Under the pieces are notes generated by a model that did no database searches, was not told where the DNA came from, and worked only from the letters and a program-made list of their open reading frames with translations. Shown in pieces: positions 1 to 12,100 of a DNA stretch of 64,000 nucleotides. Positions within the stretch are counted from its first letter, which is position 1. Each line of letters opens with the position of its first letter. The translations under genes and the position numbers were made by a program. The stretch is from Mizuhopecten yessoensis (taxonomy: Eukaryota): assembly GCF_002113885.1 (NCBI RefSeq), contig NW_018408801.1, forward strand, positions 115,060-179,059. The letters run 5' to 3'.

Positions 1-109
1 ATGACGTTGTTACATTATAGAGCGGTGGTGAGTGTAACAAACATAAATAATAACGTTGTTACATTATAGAGCGGTGGTGAGTGTATAACAAACATAAATA
101 ATAACGTTG
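1..109. repeat. End of a ~50-bp tandem repeat cut by the window edge
   Basis: Two copies of acgttgttacattatagagcggtggtgagtgta(ta)acaaacataaataata. Confidence 0.8.
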
Positions 110-241
110 AGACAAAAATCATCATTTCTCACGATTATCATTAAATAGTTGGTTTATACAAAGATTTCATTAAACAAAAAGGTGAAATTGCGACAAAAAC
201 GTTGTGTTTGTGCATTACGTTACTTCGTCTGGCCTTACTAG

Positions 242-431
242 TATTCCGTCTTTGCGTATTGCAGAGTTATCTTCTCTTGTGAACAGGTATTGATTGTTAC
301 GTCATTGGTTTGTGTGAGAAAATTACGTCATTTTCTCAGAAAATGATGACGTTTCTCTCACAAACAAATGACGTAACAATCAATACCTGCTCACAAGAGA
401 AGATAACTCTGCAATACGCAAAGACGGAATA
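242..431. mobile_element. ~190-bp near-perfect palindrome (foldback MITE-like)
   Basis: tattccgtctttgcgtattgcagagttatcttctcttgtg... is mirrored by ...cacaagagaagataactctgcaatacgcaaagacggaata with almost no loop. Confidence 0.7.
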
Positions 432-2020
432 GAATAACAAAGAACCCCAAAATACTGTTTGTGTACTAACTATTTGATATATATGTCTACGTGTTGATCG
501 ATGGAGAATGTGCTGTTGTAGGACTTTAAAACTGCGCTTTAGAATGCAGTTCTGCACAGCGTGGCTGTTTCATATAACACACCATAATTGTTTTATCACG
601 GAGCACAGTACCATATTACAGGGCAGATTTAAATATACATTAAGTCACTCAAAAGTAGCGTACACTCTCTTTGATATTGTATGTGGAGTATAATTGTATA
701 CTACTTACTATAGTGCATAGACTGACTGACTGTACAGGAAACAGGCGATGTAATCCTACATGTTTGATATTTAGTACTATACCAAAACAGTAACTATGTA
801 TGTACAGCGTATTCATTCGCCAAATCCTTTATATTTCTGTACATGTTGCGACATTATAGACTTATTTGTTCTGAACTCCAGTAGCGTTGGCTCCATTAAC
901 GCACCGCATGTTGGATAATATCTAAAGTGCATATTTAATCATTTATTCTAACTTTGGACTTCTTTTTATGCATCTTCACGAAACGCATTTTATGATTGGT
1001 GTCAAAAGATAACAACTTAAAATAGTCATACTCTAACGGTAATTGAGGTGAAAGGTGTCCTTATGAACTTATATAATCCACAAAAATTAAAATCAGGCGG
1101 GCTGAAACAAAACGTCGCTTCAAGATGACCACATCAGTTAGTTGGTATATATGGTACATCTTGTGGAACGTTATTTCGTAATATTTTATAGAATACCGAG
1201 TAATTAACAGTCTAAATGATCGTTCATAAAACGTGTTTGTAATTAGTGTAGAACGACACGAGCGTACACGAGATCCGGCGCCGTGTGTGGAACTCTTTCG
1301 AACAGGAAATACATGTCAAATAGAGGCAGGTTACATCCTTAACTACAGGTTGCTGTGAATACATTTGATCTTTGTGTATATATAAATTCCTGTCTCACTT
1401 ATATAGGGAATTCGTTACGTATACCCAGTAACGGTAGTCACTATAGGGCATTAAGTAGTATTGTGTGTCTAATTGAGAAGAAACTCAAGCCGAAATTGGA
1501 ACGCACCTGAGACCTTCTTAAACACTCAGGGCCAGCGATATAGGATCCAGAAATAAACGGATTTCTCTAACTTCTATATCTGTTTTCATCAAGTACCTCT
1601 TACAGAGGTCAAACCTGTTTGCATTAAAAGGTCAAATGTTAACTCGATACCTCCTTGATAACACACACACTCTACAATGTTCTATCTCGAATGCTACTGC
1701 AGCTAATATACCTATATTGTAGATGTGTAGGTCTCTGTTATAGCTAGAACGTGCATCATGGCAAAGGTCCTTTTTGTTGTAAAAAAACAAACATAATGGC
1801 AGCTTAATAATTAATCTCAGTAGTACTAAACAAGTGAATGCCACATATTTTGCTTCCCTTATGTGCAAATATTTCAATGGAAAAAACATGCATTTGTTAA
1901 TCTCATCTAAGCTTCTAAATTTGTGTCCGTCATCAGAGTGTGCTCAACATCAATAAATTAAGTAACACTTCCGGTACAATAACTACCACATCCAATGACT
2001 CTATCGTACATTAATTACGT

Positions 2021-5000
2021 ATTCCAATAAGGCAACATGTAACTGAACCCTCGAGAAAGGTAACTACTGCTTCCAATAGCTCTGTCGGTAATTATTTATT
2101 CCAATAAGGCAACATGTAACTGAACCCTCGAGAAAGGTAACTTCTGCTTCCAATAGCTCTGTCAGTAATTACTACCTATTCCAATAAGGCATCATGTAAC
2201 TGACCCCTCGAGAAAGGTAACTACTGCTTCCAATAGCGCTGTCGGTTACTACCTATTCCAATAAGGCAACATGTAACTGACCCCTCGAGAAAAGTAACTA
2301 CTGCTTCCAATAGCTCTGTCGGTAATTACTACCTATTTCAATAAGGCAACATGTAACTGACCCCTCGAGAAAAGTAACTACTGCGTCCAATAGCTCTGTC
2401 GGTAATTACTACCTATTCCAATAAGGCAGCATGTAACTGACCCCTCGAGAAAGGTAACTACCGCTTCCAATAGCTCTGTCGGTAATTACTTATTCCAATA
2501 AGGCAACATGTAACTGACCCCTCGAGAAAAGTAACTACTGCTTCCAATAGCTCTGTCGGTAATTACTACCTATTCCAATAAGGCAACATGTAACTGACCC
2601 CTCGAGAAAGGTAACTACCGCTTCCAATAGCTCTGTCGGTAATTACTTATTCCAATAAGGCAACATGTAACTGACCCCTCGAGAAAGGTAACTACTGCTT
2701 CCAATAGCTCTGTCGGTAATTACTTATTCCAATAAGGCAACATGTAACTGACCCCTCGAGAAAGGTAACTACCGCTTCCAATAGCTCTGTCGGTAATTAC
2801 TTATTCCAATAAGGCAACATGTAACTGACCCCTCGAGAAAGGTAACTACTGCTTCCAATAGCTCTGTCGGTAATTACTACCTATTCCAATAAGGCAACAT
2901 GTAACTGACCCCTCGAGAAAGGTAACTACCGCTTCCAATAGCTCTGTCGGTAATTACTTATTCCAATAAGGCAACATGTAACTGACCCCTCGAGAAAGGT
3001 AACTACTGCTTCCAATAGCTCTGTCGGTAATTACTTATTCCAATAAGGCAACATGTAACTGACCCCTCGAGAAAGGTAACTACCGCTTCCAATAGCTCTG
3101 TCGGTAATTACTTATTCCAATAAGGCAACATGTAACTGACCCCTCGAGAAAGGTAACTACTGCTTCCAATAGCTCTGTCGGTAATTACTTATTCCAATAA
3201 GGCAACATGTAACTGACCCCTCGAGAAAGGTAACTACCGCTTCCAATAGCTCTGTCGGTAATTACTTATTCCAATAAGGCAACATGTAACTGACCCCTCG
3301 AGAAAGGTAACTACTGCTTCCAATAGCTCTGTCGGTAATTACTTATTCCAATAAGGCAACATGTAACTGACCCCTCGAGAAAGGTAACTACCGCTTCCAA
3401 TAGCTCTGTCGGTAATTACTTATTCCAATAAGGCAACATGTAACTGACCCCTCGAGAAAGGTAACTACTGCTTCCAATAGCTCTGTCGGTAATTACTTAT
3501 TCCAATAAGGCAACATGTAACTGACCCCTCGAGAAAGGTAACTACCGCTTCCAATAGCTCTGTCGGTAATTACTTATTCCAATAAGGCAACATGTAACTG
3601 ACCCCTCGAGAAAGGTAACTACTGCTTCCAATAGCTCTGTCGGTAATTACTTATTCCAATAAGGCAACATGTAACTGACCCCTCGAGAAAGGTAACTACC
3701 GCTTCCAATAGCTCTGTCGGTAATTACTTATTCCAATAAGGCAACATGTAACTGACCCCTCGAGAAAGGTAACTACTGCTTCCAATAGCTCTGTCGGTAA
3801 TTACTTATTCCAATAAGGCAACATGTAACTGACCCCTCGAGAAAGGTAACTACCGCTTCCAATAGCTCTGTCGGTAATTACTTATTCCAATAAGGCAACA
3901 TGTAACTGACCCCTCGAGAAAGGTAACTACTGCTTCCAATAGCTCTGTCGGTAATTACTTATTCCAATAAGGCAACATGTAACTGACCCCTCGAGAAAGG
4001 TAACTACCGCTTCCAATTGCTCTGTTGATAATTACTTATTCCAATAAGGCAACGTGTAACTGACCCCTTGAGAAAGGTAACTACCGCTTCCAATAGCGCT
4101 GTCGGTAATTACTTATTCCAATAAGGCAACATGTAACTGACCCCTCGAGAAAAGTAACTACTGCTTCCAATAGCTCTGTCGGTAATTACTACCTATTCCA
4201 ATAAGGCAACATGTAACTGACCCCTCGAGAAAGGTAACTACCGCTTCCAATAGCTCTGTCGGTAATTACTTATTCCAATAAGGCAACATGTAACTGACCC
4301 CTCGAGAAAGGTAACTACTGCTTCCAATAGCTCTGTCAGTAATTACTACCTATTCCAATAAGGCAACATGTAACTGACCCCTCGAGAAAGGTAACTACCG
4401 CTTCCAATAGCTCTGTCGGTAATTACTTATTCCAATAAGGCAACATGTAACTGACCCCTCGAGAAAGGTAACTACCGCTTCCAATAGCTCTGTCGATAAT
4501 TACTTATTCCAATAAGGCAACATGTAACTGACCCCTCGAGAAAGGTAACTACCGCTTCCAATAGCTCTGTCGGTAATTACTTATTCCAATAAGGCAACAT
4601 GTAACTGACCCCTCGAGAAAGGTAACTACTGCTTCCCATAGCTCTGTCGGTAATTACTTATTCCAATAAGGCAACATGTAACTGACCCCTCGAGAAAGGT
4701 AACTACCGCTTCCAATTGCTCTGTCGATAATTACTTATTCCAATAAGGCAACATGTAACTGACCCCTCGAGAAAGGTAACTACCGCTTCCAATAGCTCTG
4801 TCGGTAATTACTTATTCCAATAAGGCAACATGTAACTGACCCCTCGAGAAAGGTAACTACCGCTTCCAATAGCTCTGTCGGTAATTACTTATTCCAATAA
4901 GGCAACATGTAACTGACCCCTCGAGAAAGGTAACTACCGCTTCCAATTGCTCTGTCGATAATTACTTATTCCAATAAGGCAACGTGTAACTGACCCCTCG

Positions 5001-5150
5001 AGAAAGGTAACTACCGCTTCCAATAGCTCTGTCGGTAATTACTTATTCCAATAAGTCAACATGTAACTGACCCCTCGAGAAAGGTAACTACTGCTTCCAA
5101 TAGCTCTGTCGGTTACTGCCTATTCCAATAAGGCAACATGTAACTGCCTC
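2021..5150. repeat. 77-bp satellite array, ~40 copies (81-bp variants)
   Basis: Unit attccaataaggcaacatgtaactgacccctcgagaaaggtaactacYgcttccaatagctctgtcggtaattactt; degenerate related sequence continues to ~5660. Confidence 0.97.
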
Positions 5151-6029
5151 TTTCAATAAGGAAACAAGTAACCATATCTTCCTACTCTATCGGTAATTAT
5201 CCCAACCAATTACCATATCTCTTCCAATAAGGCAACCAGTAAATATTTTTTCCTGTTACCTTATTTCCTCATCCAATAAGCCTACTGATAACTACTTCAT
5301 CCAATAATGTAACGGTAATTATATAAATATAACTGTCTATTCGAATAAGGCAACCAGCAACTACTTCTTCCAATTTTCTTAAGCAACTGGTAAGTACTTC
5401 TTCCTGTAAGGCATAAGCGTAGCCAGCCCTTGTACAGAGTGGATTCATGCAGGAGCGTGTCCACGGTACGGTCTTAGTAGCGATTACAAGGAGGTGCAAT
5501 AAGCAGTGTTTTTCATTTGTTTTATTCACCCACGTACAAGCATATAGGCAGCTACGTGCCTGCTATAAGGCAACAATCACTTCCTTTTTCAATAAGGTAA
5601 TCGGTACATACCTCTGTCCAGAACATTTCCTTCCTCAATAATCTTTCCCTCTCATTAAGCCTAACAGTAATTACCACTTACAGCAACAAACAACATATAT
5701 AATGTGTACATAAAAGAATTTATTAAGCAGATTTCATACTAAAGCATACAAAATCAGTAACATATCACAGTCTGCTGGTGAAATTTTGATAAATACACTT
5801 CTTCTTAAATTACAATATTATTAAACAGAACATTGATATTCAATGTGGGTCTCATAGAAATGTTCGTTTTTATTGCATCATTTATTCATAACTTAATGAT
5901 ATTACTGATGCAGTTATTCTTAATGATATCCAATTAACATCTTGAAACAATCCTGTGGTGATAGCAGTGTTTTTCGTATAAAGTGTAGACAGTTTATATC
6001 TGACAGAATGGTGAGCACTTTTAGGCATG

Positions 6030-6147
6030 TCATGCGGCAGTCTTTGTAGACTTGAGGTTGAATCCCCCGCCCGTGAAGCGAGGACCTTCCGTTCGCTGGG
6101 GTTGTATAATGGGACCTCCGGCCTGGTTTATAGCTCTCTCCCTCTCC
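6030..6147 (-). CDS. CFAP58: CFAP58 last coding exon
   Basis: ERERAINQAGGPIIQPQRTEGPRFTGGGFNLKSTKTAA-TGA; candidate AATAAA signals downstream (5881-5886, 5719-5724 on minus). Confidence 0.92.
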
Positions 6148-9100
6148 CTGTGTTCAATGAAACAGACAATACCAAACTTAGTTTTTGTTTCAGTGAAGAT
6201 AGAAGGATACCAGTACTAAAACACCAAGGTCTGCGCTCTGACTTAACCATTAAAATGCAACAAAACATTTGAAATAAAAATATTCATTAAAAACAGTTCA
6301 TAATGACTGCACTTTGATCATTGCAAAAAAACCCACTGTCAATCAATTCATTTTCAGCAAATACAATAACAACATTTTTATCTTTTGTTTGATTTGGATA
6401 CAAAGTAACGGACTCAATTACAAGCCAGCATTTAAGATTGAATTTTCAACTCAACTTGACTAGTATATAGCCTCACAATGCTTCAACATGTGACATAGAT
6501 TCAGACTAGATAGTGCTGTCACAGTCAATGTGCTGTGAACTTACTTTGTCTGTTGCTCCTTCTTTTTCTGCATAAAGTACTTTTTCTTGACTTCCACCAA
6601 TTCCCTCGCTATTCTCTCTATTTCGTATTTGTATTCGTTCACCTGGGACTCGTACATATTCAGTTCAGAAGACATTGACTGAAAAAAACAGAAACAACAG
6701 AATTTCAGAATAAAGTTAATCAACGGATTAAGTAAAATCATTTTCTAACTCAACTATCATAAACCCAATGCAAACTGAATCTTCAAGGATACACAGACAC
6801 TTTTACAATATTTCAAATGTTTCACAGGAGCCTCATGGAATAAGATTTTAAGTTAATATATAGGTGATTGAGAGTATACAGTGGTAGATTGTGCCTACTT
6901 TCATCTGTTTTGTCTTTTCCTTGAGTGTTTGTTGGTAGATCTGGAGCTGTTCAGCCACCTCGGGTCCTGGCTGTCTGGCCAGGATGTGTTTCAGCTCTAA
7001 GTAAAGTTTCTCCTTCTCTTGAATCAGTAGTTCCTTCTCCACCACCTCCTCGGTCTTAGAGATGAGACGTTTCTGGAGGGTGTGTATTTTCTGGATCATC
7101 TCGTAGGTGCTTGGATCGCTGCCCTCTAACTTCCTCCATCTGTGGATGTTCATGGGGTTCTCCAGCTCCTCCTCCAGAGCCTTACAGCGAGTCCGCTCAC
7201 GCAGCAGCTCTGTCTGGATGTGGTGGACCTCTCGCCTGGGGGTCAACAATGATACAGCATTTTACAAATGAGCATACAGTCAGAAAGAAAACATCTACCA
7301 GAATTTAGAACGAGAAATTTGTCATCAAAACAAAACAAGAATCTTGGTTTTGTATCTATACAAATCACTTATAAACGTTCCTGTACCGAATGACTATATT
7401 AGACTCAAAACAAGCATTCCTCACCTGAGGTCTTCAACATTAGCAACACTCTTGTTGAGGATGGATTTCTCGCGGCGGAGTTTCTTGATCTCTAGTTTGA
7501 GGACCCTGATGTCCTCCAGACGCTGGTTGTACTGGATTTCACCCTTGTTGAGTGTTGATTGCTGAATCTTGATCTTCTCATACAGCAGAGCCAGCTCATC
7601 GTTACGCCTCACCAGCTGTGTTCCCAGGATGTCACGCTCGCTGATCACCTACATTTACAACAAAATCCTTTGTTTTGTGCCACAAAATTTCAGTTTTTTC
7701 AAACTATATAGGTGTCATTTTTATGAACTTATTGACCAACAACAGTTTGATATCTCATATTAACTGTAAAATACAACAAATTAGACAAAAATATCATCCT
7801 ATTACATTCAAAAACTTTGTATTATACATGTTCAAATGATATCTATTGCAATAACTCACTTGGTCAAGTTCCTTCTTCTGTCTGACTCTCTCTGCGTCAG
7901 CCTCGGCGATGATCTTGAGGAGTTTCCTCTCCTCAGCCTCCTGAGCGTCGATGTAAGCCTTACTTTCTGCAGCCTGTTGCTTCATCTTGTTGAGGTCGCC
8001 CTTAAGGGTGTCCTTCTCCTTCTCGACACGCTGGTGCTCCAGATGTTCCTTGACAAGGGCCGCCTCCTTGGCCTGGATCTCCTCCTTCAGTTGATCAATC
8101 TGGTGGTTCATGATCTTCAGCTTCCTCTTCATCTCTGTGATCTCATCCTGAAGGCGGAGTAATAACAGGTTGGTCATTAACAATATTAATGCAGCTTCTG
8201 GAAACTTTGTGCAGTCAAAATTTTAACTTTAAAAATTGAAACCGTTTCCTTTATTTTTTTCAATTTTAGTCACTGTGATAACTTTCATCACAAATGAAAT
8301 TCTCTAAATAATATAATACCAAGTTTAATGTAAACAAAATGGAAGTCAAAACACGAAAATCAAAAGATTCTCTATTAAAATACATTGTACTTGTAATTTG
8401 CAGTCCAATTATATTGATTAGCTATCAATATGTATAGATACGAAAATGTTAACATTTGTACCTGGGACTCAATCAGATTCTTGCTGTACAAGTTCCTGTC
8501 ACTTCTCACAGCCTCATACAAGTTCTGCTGCTGCTTCAGTTTGGTCTCAGCCTCTGCAATCTTTTTCTTGTAGTCGAAAATCTGCATCTCTCTAACCTTC
8601 ACGTCTTCCATGTGACCAAGCACCTACAGGTAAAACAGAGGTAACTATAGTTCTAGACTTTGGTTACTGCAGTGTACAGTGTTATATAAGCCATTAACTT
8701 AGTGTTCACATATTTAGTAGTAGTATTCAGAAGAAAGAAAAAACTATTTTCAAAATTTACCTTTAAAATATTTCTATTTCTCTTGGCATTCCTTGAACAT
8801 CAGAAATTTTTAAAACCACATGGTTTCTTTAACACATCTAGAGAAGTGGATTTATTAACCATATGGTGTTACCAATACTGAAAGTATATCCGACATTTCA
8901 AACTTTAAATATTGTTAAGTTGTGAAGTAAGAATTAAATCTCCAATGATGTCTTGATTCTCTATTTGATCTGTTTAAGCACGTTTCAACAACTGAAAATT
9001 TACCAACAAGTTGAACTTACCTTTTGTGTGAGATCGCTGGCCTCGTTGATGTAGCGATCACGCTCCTTCTCCAGCTGGTAGATGATCTTCCTCTGTTTCT

Positions 9101-12100
9101 GAGCCTCCTCCTTGTAGTTCTGGATGTCCTGTTCAAGGTTTTTCTTGGACTGCTCATGGAGCTTCACCAAGTGCAGCTGCTTCTGTGTGGAGCTGATTGC
9201 CTTCAACATGTTCTGAGAAAGCAAACAAAGTCCCATCAATATTCTGAAGTTTTAGGGACACCATGCTTATAGCAAGCACGAAAGAGATGAATTATACCTT
9301 TGCTTCAAAAGATCATTTGGATTTTTGACAAAATGGAGAAAATGCACTGTATTGTTTACACGTGAGAAAATGTCCCCTCACCTTGTTTAGGATGTCCTTC
9401 TCCCTCACAAGGTCATCTATCTGCTTCTTGTCCAGCTCAGCCTGCTTCTTGGATGCCTCAAGTTCTGATAATAGATATCACATGTCAGTAAGGTTAAACC
9501 CAATTTATTTGCTTTATATATATGTACTAAAAACTTTGTTTTTAAGCAATTATAAAAAATGAAATAGAATATGCAGAAAAAATAAATCTCTCTGATACAG
9601 ATATGAACTTGTGAGATCTGTGCTCACCTCTCTCCAGCCCAATGATCTGACTCTTCAGGGTCTCCTTCTGCTGTTCCACATCACCCTTCTGGTCCTCCAC
9701 ATTCCTCAGCTTACGTTGGATTGTCTCTCGGATCTTGTTGAGGCGTTGAGTCTCCTGTTTCAGCTGGTTCACCTCATCCTCTTTTTGCTAAATTTTTAAA
9801 ACCAATGACACATGAAAGGTAACCAAACTCACAAGAGACATGTTTTACCTACATTTCACTAAAATGAGAGTACACCAGCACAAGAATTAGATATTTTAAC
9901 TGATATGTGGATTACAAAATAATGACATGTCGATTTCAACATTGTTAGTTCAGCCCAAAGAATCTTCTAACATCATTTTAAATCTAAAGAAATAGTTTTT
10001 AATCAAACTTAAGACTTGGCTGTGCTTGAACTGTTTAACTTTCAAATAATTATTCAAATGTTCAGAGACAGATTTTTTTCTATAAACTCAACAGGGTCAG
10101 CATATTTTTAAAGTTTTTAGAAGCTTTAATACCTTAAGTTCCGACACCCTGTTCTGGTTTTCGGCTGTCAGCTGGTCAGTTGTGATGAGTTGACCTTCGT
10201 ATTCACCTTGCAGTTTCTGGAACCTTGTGTTGAGGATGTCGCAATCCTTAAGAGCTCTCTCATTCAGAATCTGATGTGGAAGAAACAAAGTTTAGCAAAA
10301 TAATCCAACTAAAACATCAACAAAAAGTTTAAAAACAAAATTAAAACAAAAACAACATTACATGTCCTGCTATACTGGTAATTAATTTCAATAGAATCTT
10401 ATAGAACAGATAGCTCATTCTGTCCCAACCATCTCACCCTTTGTTCCTTGAGTTGTTGTTCCAGCTTGCCGACATCTTCCTTGTAGCGCCCAATTTGTGT
10501 CTGCATGGTCTTAATCTCACCAGACTTGGAGTCGAGGTCAGCCTTAGCCTGCTTCAACTCGCGCTCTGTCTTGTCCTTCTTGCGAGACTCCCGCTGAGCT
10601 TCATTGTTGCGCACCTGGATGTCCTGGCTTAGCTGAAGAAGCAATCATTGCAATGTTCATTAATAAAAAAAAAATCTGAAGTGTTTTGAAAATATTCTTT
10701 CGTTTCAAACATTTTGATTTCAACCCATGTATTATTCTTTAAAAATGGGTAACAAGTTGAACTTTATTTCATTTAAATTTGAAACAATACACATAGTATG
10801 TATTATTTAATATTATTTCTTTCTCATATGTTGTACCTGATAAATCTTAACATGTATTAAGTAATCAATGGAATGTTACAACAGCACTCCTCTCCCTTGC
10901 GTCCATTAAAAGCCTTTTAGAGAAACTCACTAAAGTGTTGAAAATTAAACAGTTAGGGAATCCCTACAACACTATCAGATCACGGTCCACCTTAAATGCC
11001 CCATACCAATGGAAACGTGTCGAAAAGTGTACAGGTTCCAGTGCTGTGCCTATGGCAAAGATTACACGGGGAAGACAAGAATGTTCAACACCAGAAGTTC
11101 AAGGAGCATAGCAACACTAGACAGAAGAACTTCCATCACAACAGTAGGGGACCATCTTAAACACTGGTTGGTTGGTTGTATGGGTTTAACGTCCTATCAA
11201 CAGTTTACGGACATTTACACTAGTCACACAGTATACATCAACAACACCAAAAGGAAAGACAACAAATTAAGAAAGACAATATGAAAGACCACTGAAACCC
11301 TGTGCCCCCACCTTTACAACAAAGACTGCGGCTACTGGATCCTGGCAATCTTTCTGGACCTTTTTACATGTGAAGATGACCATGGTTGGTCATGTGACAA
11401 ATGTCAGTAAACGGCATTTACCACCAAGAGGGTATCAAATGCTTGTGTGTGTCAGTCTCTAAGATCCAGAAAGGTAACTACCAATATATATCATTAATGA
11501 GTTGCCAAGTTTAGCCATTTCCCTACCTCCTGGATCTTCTCCTCACACTCAGATCTGTCCTGTTCTAACTTCTGTTGTTGGGCTGATGCCTGGGCAAGGT
11601 TTTCACGCAGTTTCACAATCTCACCAAGCTGCTCATCTCGTTCCTTTGTCAGATCCTCTTTAATCTTTAACAGCTCATTCACACTACAATAAATCATCAT
11701 CTATATCATTTCACCAGTCAACATTCCCACACCAAGCTTTATTAGTGGATATTACATCCATGAATATAATTTTAAAATATAGATATAAACCTGTGTGATA
11801 ATTTTGTTCATCTAAAAAAAAATCTCATCTTTTCCATCTTAATTATTTAAACCAATTAACTATTCTTATATATTGAACGATTTTTCAGTTGACGTTTTAT
11901 GATTTACCAGATGATGTATGTTTCAAGAACTGTTAACAATTTTACAATTCCAAAATCTAGAAATCAGAAACATAAATATTTTTGGTCAACTTGGACATGT
12001 ACCTGTGTTCTTGCCCCATGGTCAGACCTGCTCCCTGTTCCACAAGTTTGCTAAGGTTGGCAATTTCCATTTTCAGAGACTGAATTGTTTCTCTAGCCCT

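Noticed and set aside
2021-5150. CRISPR-like regular array
   Set aside because: Units are fully repeated with no unique spacers, there are no cas genes, and the context is eukaryotic; it is a satellite.
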